Shown here one piece after another: positions 1-12,699 of a stretch of DNA of 64,000 bases; within the stretch, counting starts at the first letter, position 1, and each line of letters opens with the position of its first letter. Both the position numbers and the translations under genes were made by a program. This DNA comes from Hyphochytrium catenoides (taxonomy: Eukaryota > Protista > Hyphochytriomycota). Below the pieces are notes generated by a model. It searched no databases. It saw only the letters and a program-made list of their open reading frames with translations, and had not been told where the DNA came from. Where the stretch lies: NCBI GenBank assembly GCA_900088475.1, contig FLMG01003792.1, forward strand, positions 1 to 64,000. The letters are read 5' to 3'.

Positions 1-34
<34 letters not shown>

Positions 35-56
35 GCCTGTCTGTCTGTCTGTCTCC
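1..56. repeat. (CT)n followed by (GCCT/GTCT)n microsatellite
   Basis: Direct reading of positions 1-56; a (GA)n/(GAGC)n run also lies at about 310-345. Confidence 0.95.
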
Positions 57-879
57 CTCCCGTTGACCCCCTCTCTCCTCTCTCGCTTCACATCTACTTA
101 CATACCATCGAAAGATGGCTTCCTCTGGCTCAAAGAAGCCTGGACGAGGAGCTCTGCAAACTCCCTGAGAGAAAGGGAGAATAGACGAGAAATTGAACGT
201 TAGGAAAAGGGAAACAGGAGGAAGCAAGGTAGACAGACACATGCGCTTAACATCCCAGAGTGCTTGACAGAGCGTTCTGCGGAGAGATCTAAGGCAAAGG
301 AGAAAGGGAGAGGGCGAGAGAGAGAGAGCGAGCGAGAGAGAGAGAACCTCCAGAGCTTGCTTCCTCAAAGCATAGAGCTGAGCTCTCTCTTCCCTTGTTG
401 AGAGTCTGACTACATCTTCGCCGTACAGAGCAAAGTAATCCGCCCGGAGAAATCGTTCGTCGCTATCCTTGGCAGACATCTCTGGTGTCCGTCTCGGCCT
501 TTCAACCTAAATCGTCTAGTGAAGACATCACTTGGTCTGCTTTAGATGTTGGGCTTCCACATCTTCGCCCGGAGAGGACAATATTTCCCTTGAATCAAAG
601 CTCCCCCGTACTCCCCTTTACCCTCTTGTTATCGCCGGTCCCCTCTCTCTCTCTCTCCCTCTCTTCCTCTTAACTCGTTTGTCTATATCCTGGCAGTCCT
701 CGTCGCTGGTAGTGCTCCTCGTGCTGCTGCCGTTCGGCTGATGTTGCTGATGATACTACTGCCTTTGATGCTGATGCCCGTCAATGCTGGCTAGTGCTGC
801 TACCGCTGGTGGTGGTACGCTGCTGGTGCTACCATTGCTACTGGCCGATTCTGTGGCTGCCGCTGGGTGCTCTTGCTAC

Positions 880-1190
880 TGTGCTGCTGGTGGTGCACCT
901 GCTCCTGGTGGTGCTCCTGCTGATGGTGGTTTCTCCTCCTGCTGATGGTGCTCCTGCTGCTGTTGGTGCTCCTGCTGCTGATGGTGCACCTGCTGCTGAT
1001 GGTGCTCCTGCTGCTGTTGGTGCTCCTGCTGCTGCTGGTGCTCCTGCTGCTGATGGTGCTTCTGCTGGTGGTGGTGCTCCTGCTGGTGGTGGTGCTCCTG
1101 CTGCTGGTGGTGCTCCTGCTGCTGGTGGTGCTCCTGCTGCTGGTGGTGCTCCTGCTGCTGGTGGTGCTCCTGCTGCCGGTGGTGCTGATC
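880..1190. repeat. 18-bp minisatellite (consensus TGGTGGTGCTCCTGCTGC), about 16 copies
   Basis: The tandem unit is visible directly. It gives low-complexity ORFs in every frame (AAGAPP, QQEHHQ, SSRSTT, VVLLLL), none with a convincing start or domain. Confidence 0.9.
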
Positions 1191-1406
1191 GAGCTTCCAG
1201 ATCTTGGTGAAGCGACCAAAGAAAATGCCGTTTCAAGGTCTTGTCATTCTCAATACATTAAGCTTGGAAGGCTTTTATTATTAATCAAAAGAATACTTAT
1301 TAAGAACCAGTCCGGCGGTCAGTCGGGCAGCAAGTGTAGGTACTGTTTCTGCTCCTATGATGCGTCCTGCTCAGCTACTAATACGCCGAGAGGGATGGCA
1401 GAGCTC

Positions 1407-1478
1407 TCACTTCCAGGCACACTTCCAGGGGTGCGCAAGGCACGGGTGCGCAGGGCACGGGTGCGCAGGGCAACGGGC
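1407..1478. repeat. Short tandem repeats: ACTTCCAGG x2 and 15-bp GCACGGGTGCGCAGG x~3
   Basis: Direct reading, downstream of the CAX stop codon. Confidence 0.75.
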
Positions 1479-1655
1479 AGTGGTCGAGCTCGCAGAGGGG
1501 AAAGGAAGTTTACAGGTTTATTCAACGCGCAAACCAAGGGGCAGAATCACCTCTAACAGTACGCAGAAAGACAAGGAACCGGTAGCTAGGAGAAAGATCA
1601 TTCCTCTTTGTCGCCTTATCCCATTGTCAACCTCTTTTTTGTCCATTTGCTCCTA

Positions 1656-4319
1656 TCATTGGAACCACATCGCCACTGCGATGAGGATGTAGGCCGTCAG
1701 CAAGCTTGTTCCCTCCAGCCAATTGCTCTTCCCGTCAGAGATGATACCGTAGACGATGATAATGGACATCAAGTACACTGAGACCTCGAAAATAGGGAAG
1801 TTGAGAGACATGTCGCGGTCCATAGCCCAGCCTGCCAACACGATGACTGGAACAACAAACATTGACACCTGGGGAGAGAGTGAGCAAGTCTCAAAGATGG
1901 ACATTCACGAGGACATACGAAAGCTTTGGGCTCCCCCAGGGTCTATATCAAGCAATGAGCGGTAAGGGGACAAGGAAGTCATGCGAGCGATGAGAGTGAG
2001 CGCGAGGGAGTGAACATAACCAGGAACTAACGAAGAAGGACGCGCAGCAATGGGTAATCCGAGGATACGATACCTGAGTGGCGGAGCCAACAGCTACTCC
2101 CATAGCAAGCTCCATCTTCCCCTTCATTGCAACAGAGACTGCAGTGACGTGTTCCACCGCATTGCCGACCACAGGGAGGAGGACCACACCCACAAAGGAC
2201 TTGCTTAGCCCTGAGGACTCGGTCAGCCCATCAATCGAGCCGACCTAGGAGCGAACCGGTTGTCCCGGGAGGGAAGTCAGAGAGAGGACGATAAGCAACA
2301 CTCAGGGCTTGCTGAGGTAATGAAGTCGGATAGAACGTTCGACATTTAGGTCAGAACAGACTGCTTGCTCACAACTGGATCAATCGGAAGAGATACGGAG
2401 CACATGCATGTTTCAGATTACCTGACCGTGCAACGAAAGCGAGAGAGAGAAAGCTACAACGAATAAAAGTCAAGACAGGACGGATACGGAAATCTCCGCG
2501 GAAAGCCAGCATGCAAAACAGGATGAAGAATAAACTGAAGGATAAAGGTTCCCATAGACACGAGTAGTAGTAGACGACAGTTCTCCGTTTCATACCAGAA
2601 ACTCCGAGTGCATGGCAATGATGGCGGTGGTGGCTCCAAGAAGTAATCCGCTGGCTGGGGCAGATAGCTCTGGTTCTTCCTCGTCATCATCAACTTCAAA
2701 GAGGTAGAGATGAGTGCGTAGCTAAACTCACAAGAAATGTTAGGCATCATCTACGTAAGGCGGGCTGCCGGTCGCTGCTGCTTATGGGGCTTCTGTCCTT
2801 TTTCTAACCAACCGCATCTTTCTATTCCTGTTCCTTTCTAAGGCTCACCTGGAATACCAGAAGTTGCATGTACATAAAGAGGAGGAAGCACGCAGTGACG
2901 CGAGAGATTAGGAGCGTATTCTGGCCGTCTTCGTCCAGCTTCTTCTGATCTTCTTTCAGCATGGCAAAGGGTGTAGGGATGATCATGGCCAGCGCAGAAA
3001 GCATCAACAGCGAGCTATTTGCCGAAGCACCAACAGCATTAAAATGGCTTTCTTTGTAGAACATGCCCGCTGTAAGAAGGTGAAAAGTCAACGAGAGTGA
3101 GTGCCTAAACGGGACCTGAGAAAGGTGCGACTAGAGCCAGTCACTCTTACCTCCTGTGAAGCAGCAGCCCAGTACTAAGAGCAGGTTTGACAAAATGGAG
3201 CCTATCATTGACGCTTGTACTACTCGAATCTGGTTAGCTCTGTCAACACGAAGAACACACCCAGAACCAAGGAACTGGTGAGATGAAGTGGAAGCACCAA
3301 GTTGGATCGTAGGAACATGCTATGTGGTCAAACACTAAAGAGAGAAACTAGCTAAGGAAAGAGTGGAGAACACGTTAGCAAACGAAAGCAACCTGAGGGC
3401 GAAGAGTGCGATCACAACTTCAACCGCATTCCCAAACGTCGCGTTCACAAGTCCTCCAATTGTCTCTCCAAGATGAAGGGACAGAATCTCAGTGGTATCG
3501 CCCAGAAGCTTAGCCAAAGGCACCATCACCAGGAAGTTCAGACTGAAGACAAGCGCTGCGGAGGTGAATAAGGAGGAGGTCAATAGGCGGAGTTTATGTC
3601 CCACTCAGCAAGGCACAGCAGCTCCTGGGCATTCCCCACAACGTTTGTGCAAGGGTATACCGACAGATATAAGATCTAACCAAGCGTCCATACTTAACTA
3701 CTGAGACATGCCAAGGATGAGTTAGAGAAACGGTACAAAGTTACCTGGACTCCAATGCCCAAGGTGAGCCCAAATGGCGAAGGGCCAAACAACCAGAAGC
3801 ACGTTGACTGGAGACCCAAAAATCAGGTCCCAAACGCCGTGAAGGTCACTGCGCCAGGAGTGCAATCCTGGTCCTGGAGTAACACTTATGCTTGATGCCC
3901 TAGAACCCGAGCGTGATAACTTGCCTTCTTGGGGAGCCTGAGGAAAAAGAGACTAAGGAACTCTCAGACATTGCCAATAAGTAAGGCACGCCATCATGCC
4001 ACAGAGGAAAAATTAGCTAACGAACGAATACTAGCGACTGCTATAGGGTTATTTGGACCTTGGAGGGTATCAAGGCAGCCGTCTCCGTCACGGTTGCTGT
4101 CGGTGGAGGTTGGACCTCCGACTTTCTTTGGCGACCTGCGCCGCCTCCACCAAACGTGCCTGCAAAAGCTGAGAAATCATATTGATTTCCCTTGTCGTCA
4201 ACGAAAAGGTGATTCCCATCACTCGCCCCATGATCCAGTGGAGCACTGCTAGCGTCGCCGCTCTGGCGGCTCTCCCTTCGGATCTTGCGCAGCGTCGCCG
4301 AAGCTTGCCTTCGATGCAT
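1656..4319 (-). CDS. CAX: Ca2+/H+ exchanger (CAX family, CaCA superfamily), 8 exons: 4319-4059, 3937-3745, 3555-3393, 3239-3151, 3069-2849, 2721-2596, 2244-2074, 1868-1656
   Basis: GT-AG splicing gives one open frame. It carries alpha-1 [37 protein letters not shown] plus an acidic linker (DDDEEEPE), alpha-2 [10 protein letters not shown]...[14 protein letters not shown], and C-terminal DGKSNWLEG. Confidence 0.95.
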
Positions 4320-4799
4320 GTTGCCTTTAAACGCCTCCCGAGGGAGAGCCCGTCAGAAGCGGAGCGTAACGGGTAGAAGGACAGAAGATACGAAGAGAAT
4401 CTGTGAGCTCGTGCTCTCTGTATGCATCAGTTGCTGGGAAGGAGAGAGGCGTACATATCGAGAGCTCCGTGTGTCGAAGGGGCGATGCTAGAATGACGAA
4501 ACGATGTGCCAAGCTCTTCATGCTTGAACCAAAAGAAATGGATCTTGAGATGTCACACAAGCCCCTCACACGTCGGTCGGTGAACTTCGACCCGGGTTAG
4601 ACTTCGAACCCAGATACCCTCTATTGTTTCTTACTGTTATTATGGTAGCGGTAGGGTCCAAAAGCACCCGGATACAAAGGAACCCGAGACTTGGGTTTTA
4701 GTTCCTTTGGGAAGAGGACCGGTCCCCTCTGCGCCAGGCGCCAGGGCGGTCAGCCAACTCAAGCTTCCTGTCTGAAGCTCGCTCGTCTCTGATCCGCCG

Positions 4800-6585
4800 C
4801 TATACGGGTCAAGCCACCCTCATGCGGCGCCCGAGCCTCCAAGGATTCTTCCTCCGCCGTGTCCGGGAACTCCAGTCCCTAGTTGAGAGTGATGTTCCTG
4901 CCGCTGCTTCGCCTTGTGCCTCTTCTTCTATTTCTAATTGCCCTCCTTCCCCGTCTCCTTCTCCCACTCCTCCCTCGTCTTCCGGTCCGCCGCCTTAGCC
5001 TCCTACACCTGCTTCCTCCTCCTCTATCTCCGATTCCATGTCTGGCCTGATTCTCCTGCTGGGAATGGACAGTAATAACCTGGCTGCCTCTGGCGGCCGA
5101 CCTACCTAGCGCCCAGGTTGAATGTTAGATATCAACAATCTCCAAGCGACCTCGTCAGGGCTCAAGCCCGCGATGCCGCTGCCTTCTTCGCTCTCTCTCT
5201 CTCGGCCTTCTTTGTCCTCCCACGTGCGCTCATCGTCTCAGCCGATCGAGTGTTTTTCAGTACTTACAAAACGTTCACCACTCTGATACCTCTCACCCTG
5301 CCCTCCTCTCCATTCTGGCTGAACAGACCGCCAATTCTGTCCCCGTGGTTGTGGGCGTATTCTGACCTGCAAGACCGTTTATCTGGCGTATGCTGACCGG
5401 GGTCACTCTGCTCGATGCCCTGGCGCTCGGCCGGTTCTCTCTCCGGAAGCTCGGGCCTCCTGCCATCCCCGGTCGCTGTCTTCCCACCAACAATCTGTTA
5501 CGTTCCAGCTACTACGTCGGAGGCCCCTCGACTGGCCAACGCGGCGAGCGTCCAAGCTAGCTGATGACCGCTTGTTCGCCAAAGCTGTGGCTGTCCTGGT
5601 GTCTGAGGACATTGCTACTCCCTCGGAGGAGACTCTGGCAATTCTCAAGACCAAGCAGCCCGAGGGTGCTGCCCTTCCTCGTCCTGCCCCGCCTTTCTCT
5701 TCTCCGCCTGTCTTCTCACCACCTTCTCAGGACCACGGTGCTTTCTCTTCGCCCTCAGTCACTGCCAAGATCTCTAGTTTCCTCCTGGCTCAGCTGCCGG
5801 CGCCTCTCAACTCCGGCCCCAGCACCTCAAAGACCTCTACCTCCTAGCACCTTGCCCGTCCGTCCGGCAGGCCCTATGTCTTTCTCTCTCGAGGCTTGTG
5901 TCGCTCCTAGCCCAAGTCCTGGCTCCTCCTGAACTCTCCCCTTTTCTAGCTGGCGCTTCTTTATTTGGTTTGGCCAAGAAAGATGGTGGCCTTCGACCCA
6001 TTGCTGTTGGAGAAACTCTTCGGTCGATTGGTCTCCAAGTGTTGCTGTGAAAAGGTCAAAGCCTAGACTGTGTCTCTCTTCTCACCTCTCCAGGTAGGTT
6101 TTGCGGTCCCTGCGGGTGCCGAGGGTGTGATCCACGCTGTCAGAGACTTTGGCGACAGCAAGGATAAGGTTTTGCTCAAGGTCGACTTCAAGAAGGCCTT
6201 TAACTCAGTACACCGTTCGGCTAGCTACCTATTGCTATTCCACCCCGTCCCACCTGTTCCATGGCTCTGACCTGCTTGCAAGTTCCTGCGGTGTCCAGCA
6301 AGGCGACCCTCTAGGTCCTTTGCTATTCTCACTAGCCCTCCATACCATTGTCTCTGACCTTGCTGCGTCTGTTCCTTCGTTGGATCTCCACGTATAGTAC
6401 CTCGATGATGGCATTCTTATTGGCTCTGTCGACGATGTCGCTGCGGCCCTGGCCATCCTTCAGGACCGCGGCCCACACATTGGCGTTGGCAATTGTGAGC
6501 TTTGGTGGCCCAGTATGGACCTTGCGCGTCTCCCGACTTTCCCTGCGGCGGTCTCTCGTCTAGTGGGGGTGGATGGTGTGGAACT
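4800..6585 (+). mobile_element. Degenerate non-LTR retrotransposon (CRE-like) RT region, 3'-truncated
   Basis: Frameshifted RT motifs: KAVAVLVSEDIA, KKDGGLRPIAVGETLR, LQVGFAVPAGAEGVIHAVR, LLKVDFKKAFNSV, GVQQGDPLGPLLFSLAL, *YLDDG. The left boundary is approximate. Confidence 0.85.
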
Positions 6586-6894
6586 GTCTACAGAGCCAAC
6601 AAGAGTGCCTCATCAGGGTACCACACGTGGAGATCCAAGGAAGAAAGGGACGCAGCATTCTCAGAGACAATGGGATGGAGGGCTAATGCAAATAGCAAAG
6701 GACCTAGAGGGTCGCCTTGCTGGACACCCGCAGGAACTTGCGAGCAGGTCAATCAGAGCCATGGAACAGGTGGGACGGGGTGGAATAGCAGTAGGTAACC
6801 CAAGGGAGAAGAGAAGGAAAATGCTCACGGACGCCAGCCAAGATAGCCGAACGGTTTTACTAAGTTAAAGGCGTTCTTGAAGTTGACCTTGAGC
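6586..6894 (-). mobile_element. Inverted second copy of the CRE-like RT core
   Basis: Its reverse complement aligns with 6174-6433 (GCTCAAGGTCxACTTCAAGAA ... CCAGCAAGGCGACCCTCTAGGTCCTTTGCTATT ... TTGGCTCTGT). Confidence 0.9.
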
Positions 6895-6979
6895 TACACC
6901 TTACTTACAACCTTCATTCAGCGACGTTAATGACCTCACCTCTATAGGGAGGACGAGACTTTTGGAACCCTAACCAATG

Positions 6980-8300
6980 GCTACTTTGGCCATAAATTCT
7001 TGACAGAGATTGGGATCAAAGTTGAGCTCCCACGACCTTTCTGAAAACTTATCTCCATGCGCTCAAGGAGAAAGGGCGTCGTGTCTTTGGGGGAACTTAA
7101 GAAGCAGATCGTAGCACGGAAAGGACGCACTTGTAGGTTGACGTCTACCGCTTTGATTAGCCCTCCTATATAGTTCCGACCATGAGCCAACAGCCCATGA
7201 ACTTCATACCGTAGAAATGCGGCGTGCGGTTCAGCATTTCATTCCATGCGAGTTTCGTGTTCAAAGGCTCATATAAGAGGAACAGAAGAGGACAGAGCCT
7301 AGTTCATGTTACATTGTTTTCTCCTCTGTTTCCTGGTTTTCAGGGTCCATCTCATTGGCATGCTCATCCCGATATCTTTGTCATAGACAAATTCATAAAA
7401 GCGCCACAGAAGACAGTCAGTGCTGGCCCCGGTGACCCTGACGAGAAGCTTCTAGTTCTATTGTTGGCCTCGCTAAAAGCGCTAGATCTACCAGCTCTTT
7501 CATCTCCGTCATAAGCGTTTCCTATGCACGCTGCTGGGTTTGCCTCGTACAGCGGACGACGAGGTTTGGCGACAAGCATCCTTACCGATCCGCCTGGTTC
7601 TCTCTGCCTCCTCCTGCAGTGTGCCGCCCCTACTTATCTGATCTCTGTTGTAGGGCTTACTCTTCCTCTGATCTTCGCGGTTCTTGGGCTTCATCCCAAT
7701 TCCTTACCTGGCTTCCCCGGTGTCCCGGCCCTTTTAACTGCGGCTATGATGACGACTTGGCCCTACCGCTACCCTCTGACCAAGGTGTTCCCTTTGAGAA
7801 TCTAGTGGGCCAACAAGCTAACCTTCAGCTTAACTTCTGCTCCCGTCGGTCTCTGGGACCTTGCTCAATCTCACGCTCTGGAGCGTCGTCTACCTTCTCC
7901 TTGTGCCCTCTCGGCTCTGTTTCCGTCCCCCATGCCTGCCTCCCTTGTGACCCTACAAAATGGCGCCCTTCTCCAGAAGGTTTAGCCCTCTGTCTCCGTC
8001 GGACCAAGCTGCGCAGCTTTCTGGATCTACTTACTATTTAGGCCGGCTCCATCTCATCTCCCTTTTTGCAAAGAAGTCAGGGCTGGATGACTCTTAGTTG
8101 CTACTCAGAGGCACGACCATTTCCCGCCGGTGCCGAGCTCGGGGATAATTGGCCGGACCGCTTCACATGGTGGCTCGCTCGACCCTATCCCAACCTGGTG
8201 ACTTTACCATCCCTCGCTTTGGCCGTGGTTTCCTCCTCTCTACCTTTGATCTCCGTGACAAGACCACGCAACCCCCTAAATTAGGCCGGTTCTGGTTATC
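6980..8300 (-). mobile_element. Possible decayed LTR-retrotransposon gag-protease remnant
   Basis: Basic, low-complexity gag-like stretch (EEAERTRRIG..C) followed by ALTVFCGAFMN, which resembles a decayed D(S/C)GAxxNF protease motif. Heavily interrupted; weak evidence. Confidence 0.2.
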
Positions 8301-8585
8301 GATCGGCTGCCTTGGAGGAGGAGGGCAAGCACAACAAGAAGCATGTGGTTGGCTGTTACGCATAGTAGCTTCACTTTATTTCTTCCTCTTTATTAGGGAG
8401 ATTCCTTATGGACTAACAACCCCTGCCATCATAATGGACCACTGAGAACGGAGAACAACTGCATTACTGGGCACCCAAGAAGGTGCCTCAATAGCTAGCG
8501 TAAAACTAACGTAGAGAGGAGAAATAGGTTGACGGCTGGACTCTATCGCCTCATCAGCCTATAAGAGCTGTGCCTTTAGACTGAC

Positions 8586-10542
8586 CTATTGCTCTGCAGC
8601 TGCCCATCCCAAGCTCAGTAGAAGCATGTACCCGGATGTTACTATTTGGACCAGACTAAACTGTGCACCCTTCTCTCTAACTATGGCACCACTTTTACTG
8701 TCACTTGCGCCGACCTTTGACACATTGACCTCTAGAGTGTGCGCAAGGAACACTGCAGAATCCTTCTTCGTGATATCCTCGACAAAGTACCACTTCGCCA
8801 TAAGGTTTTGTGGAGTGACGATGAGCTGATAATAACCGTGGTGTTGCAGCTCGACCCAGCGCACTTGCTCTTCTGCCGCATTGATAGCCTCTTCAGCAGC
8901 ACTTAGGATAACTCCTTGGTTGATGGGTTGAGGTGCCGTAACGGATGGCGTCACGAGTTCAAGGCCGATATTCTCTTTCTTGGACTCATGTTCATACTGC
9001 ACATCATTGATCCAAGAGGTATGGATGTCGCCCGTTGCCCAAATGACATTCCTTGTAGCCAACAACAGGTTAGCCTTCATAATCTTCCTAAGGTCTCAAC
9101 ACGAAGAGTAACGTACTTGATATTCTGTTCCGCGATAAAGCCTTTTAATCGCTGTCTATTGGCTGGATAGCCGTTCCAAGAGTCCCTTAAGAGAGTCTTA
9201 TCGAAGTAGTCCAGTGTTTCAATAGTTAAAGCGGTGAACATAACCTGGATGGGATGACAAGTGATGAATATTGTCGCAAGGGCACATCATAGTAACACAA
9301 TCAACGCGTCTGCATGCATTTACCTGGTTTCCTAGCACCTTCCACTTCACGCCATTATTCTCTGCCTCTTGTAAGGTGTTGTTCAGCCAGAGTTCTTGTG
9401 AGTATCCCATTATGGTGCGATTCCAGCTTTCTGCAGAGGATTCCGTCAGTGAAGCGCCTCACTTTCAGACCTTGGCTCATCCTACCTATCACTTCGTTAG
9501 AGGTGACGTTTGCAGGGTCCCTTCCGTAGATTCTTGTGTCCAGCATCATCAATTCCTTTGATCAAGTCAATGAAGTCAGACAACATAACAGATAAAATAG
9601 CGGGGGAAGAGTCATCAAGGCCGTCTTTCCTACCATAAGACGCCCGAATCGGAAGCTTCTGAAGATCACGGTTTCGTTGTTTGGATCTTTCTGAGCTCTA
9701 ACAGGAGTATATTCTAAATATGCCGTGATTGCATCGTCTTTCCTGTCACGCCATGGACCTTCCTTGGATGGCTGGTTGTTTAATGCTCCAGTTTTCCAGG
9801 CATTGTTGGCGAACTCGTGATCATCCCACACCATAATCCAGGGGAACCATCTCATCGCCTCAGACAACGAAGTGGTGTTCCTATACTGAGCGTAACGGTT
9901 TCGATAGGCCGTGAGATTGTACGCTTCTGTCGGGGGATCTGGAGGCCTCCCAATAGGACTCCCATCACTGAAAGGTCCATCAGGACCGTATTCATAGATG
10001 AAGTCGCCCAAAAAGATGACCCCAAAGAGATCCGTTGATCCTCGGATGTGGTCCAACGCTGTAAAATATCCTTCCTGGTAGTTAATGCAGCTTGCAATGG
10101 CAAAGCTTATCGTCTCAAGATCTCTCTTGGAGTCCGGTAAGGTACGGGTCCTCCCAATTGGAGAACGCGTGGAGTTGTTATCATCGAAAAAGCGATAGTA
10201 GTAGGTCTTGGCAGGTTCCAGGCCTTCAACAACAAGCTTGATAGTCCAGTCTAAACTCGAGTTCGTTGTAGTGCTTCCATTCTTGACTGGATCCCACAGA
10301 GCCGTCGTCATATCGCTCGATAGGCCAACTTCCCAGCGTATTGTTGTTTCTTCCCCTTTTTCTTTCGATTGTTGGCTACTATTATCATCAACCTTTGACC
10401 ACAGGACGACTGAGGTTTCTTCTGGATCTCCTGACGCTACGCCCCAGTTAAACTCAATGGACTGCGCCATGCCTCCATATAGAGAGATCAAAGAAGCAGT
10501 AAACAGGGTCGTGATCGGAACGGCATTGAAGATCCGCCGCAT
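8586..10542 (-). CDS. phoD: PhoD-family alkaline phosphatase/phosphodiesterase, secreted; 5 exons: 10542-9634, 9555-9486, 9430-9324, 9244-9117, 9051-8586
   Basis: Motifs GVASGDP, FAIASC, FLGDFIYE, WDDHEFANN, MLDTR, WKVLGNQV, DSWNGY, TGDIHTSW, ELVTPSVT and HHGY. Has an N-terminal signal peptide and a hydrophobic C-terminal tail; introns splice in frame. Confidence 0.95.
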
Positions 10543-12699
10543 CTTTCCTGCCGTTGTTGATCAGTGAATGGATAGAGTTGTTCGGAAGATAGACAGTACG
10601 ATCTACCCGTTACAGCGGAACTTTGCGAATGAGTATGGTTGGCATGGTCTACCTCTGTCTTTCTCTTTATGCCGCAAACTATTCCTTATCGAGGAGGCAA
10701 TGTCTTCTAGTTCTCAAAAGGTCATCTGGCGGTACTTGGTCGACAAGAGTGAGAGGAGTTTTTCAACTTAAGCAGCTGCTACTACCGTGTCTATCTTCGT
10801 AGCTGATTTTTTCCTTAGGACTAGTTCTTCGTTGTAGGCAATGGCGATCGATAGGCTTTGTTCTCTCCCTTGAGGACGACATGGCGCAATTATTGGAGCT
10901 TCACTACTGCCATCATGTGTAGAACAGAGCTGGCGACACTGGATTAATATTATTGGATTCAGGGTGGATGATTGCAAGGTCACACTGTTTCGAGTGCATA
11001 AGGACCACCAGCAGCAAAACAGGACGGAGGTATTTATGATTGGAGCTCTTTACTTCGTCGAGGAAGAGTGTCCGATGTTGGTGCCTGAAGATTCTTCGTA
11101 CATCCTGAAGCTTTCTGTTTTTGTATGATGTTACATGTCATTCATGCCCAAGCAGCAACCAATGTGATGATTACCATTGCGAGGGAAAGAGGAAGCCTCC
11201 AACAATCTGATGTCACAAGTACTAGGATATGATCCTCCTGAGTCGTGCTGGTGGCTTGTTCTCCTGATGATAGATAAGCTCTTCTTAGTATTCGCCGTCG
11301 ATAATCCCTGATGTCAGAAGTCATACCGGCCGGAACTTTTGATTGAGACAGCTCGTGGAGCAGTGCGCGGTCCGAGAAGGGGCCAGAAGATGCCAGAAGA
11401 TGCCAACCGTAATAATCAACCGCCGGCGGTAGTAGCAGGAAGGAACTACTACCTTCTGAAGGCCAATAATAAATAGACCAACATGAACTCTGGCGACTGT
11501 TCTGACGGCTCCGAAGGTCTCTGATGGCCAGCCGCTGCACAACAGGGACGCTGACAACGAAGAACAGAAGCATCAAAGTGTCGACCGAGCTACTGGATAT
11601 CTTCGTACACCTTTCTCTGGAAAGAGAACTTCACAAGAGGGAAGGACCCAAACGTGTTGAGAAGAACAAGAGAGGTCGGCAGGTTATTAAAATCAACAGG
11701 CGAGTGATCCTCGTAGATAAAACATTAGCTAATAAATAAGGGTTTAGGATTACAGGACCATAATAACAACCCTGTAGAAAGCCTCCGCGTATCGCTTTGG
11801 TTTGGCTTCTGGGCATCGAAACGCCATAGTTTATAATGAACTGTTTGTAGAGCAGTCCGCAACATTCATCAGGGTAGAAGAAGAGGTAAGAGCGGCGACA
11901 AGCTATTCGAGGGAAGAGATGATGATGGATAATTGTCCGTGTCCTCTCGCTGTTGTCGTCGATGATGTGCCTGGCTGCCCCTTCTTCTTCTCTTATTCTT
12001 CTCCTCTCTTCCGCCCGTTTCCCTCCTTCTTCCTCACTGGATTCTTTTCATGATTATTGGTAAGAAGATGATGGACGATGCTGTGTGCTTGCTTCTTCCT
12101 TTCAATCAACATGATGATGCTGGTGGCGAGGGAGCTCGTTGGTGGTGGTGGCGGTTCTAGGAACTAAAGCCTTTAGTAGCAGCTTCGTCTCTTCTTCTTT
12201 TTTTACCAGCAGCAAAGAAGAAGAAGAGGGTCGTCGGGGCCTTCCCTTTGTTGTCTACTCTCTTTCTGTTGCGTCTTCGTTCCTGTTCACGCTCCTTGTT
12301 GTCAATTCTTCTTGATTGGAAAGGGCTGAGTCGGTCCTCGTTCACCAAGCGCAAGTCGTAGATGATATCAGCCGGGAGAAGAAATGCGAACGAGAGCGGG
12401 AATTCTAGCAGCAGGAGAAGAGAAAGAGTGAGAAGAAGAGAAAAGCAGGTTGGCAGGGACAGCAGGGACGACAGGAGGAGGGTTAAGAGCCATGGCGGCA
12501 AAGCCGATCGAGCCAGAGGAGACCCATGGCGGAGACTCCTTTCTTTCTTCGCTTTCATGAAGGAAGAAGGAGTAAGATAGAAAACATCTCGCCTCCTATT
12601 ATTGTTTCGCGTCAATCATAACTTGCTGTTGTTGGGACCAATAATATCGCCGCCGCTCGCTGTTGATCGAGGATGGTGCCTCCCTGTGAACAACAAACA

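Noticed and set aside
794-1556. Long poly-Leu/Val and poly-Ser/Thr ORFs
   Set aside because: They are by-products of the stop-free 18-bp minisatellite, with no domain or credible start.
10768-12615. Short ORFs upstream of phoD
   Set aside because: No recognisable motifs or consistent splice model; low-complexity GA/CT-rich sequence.
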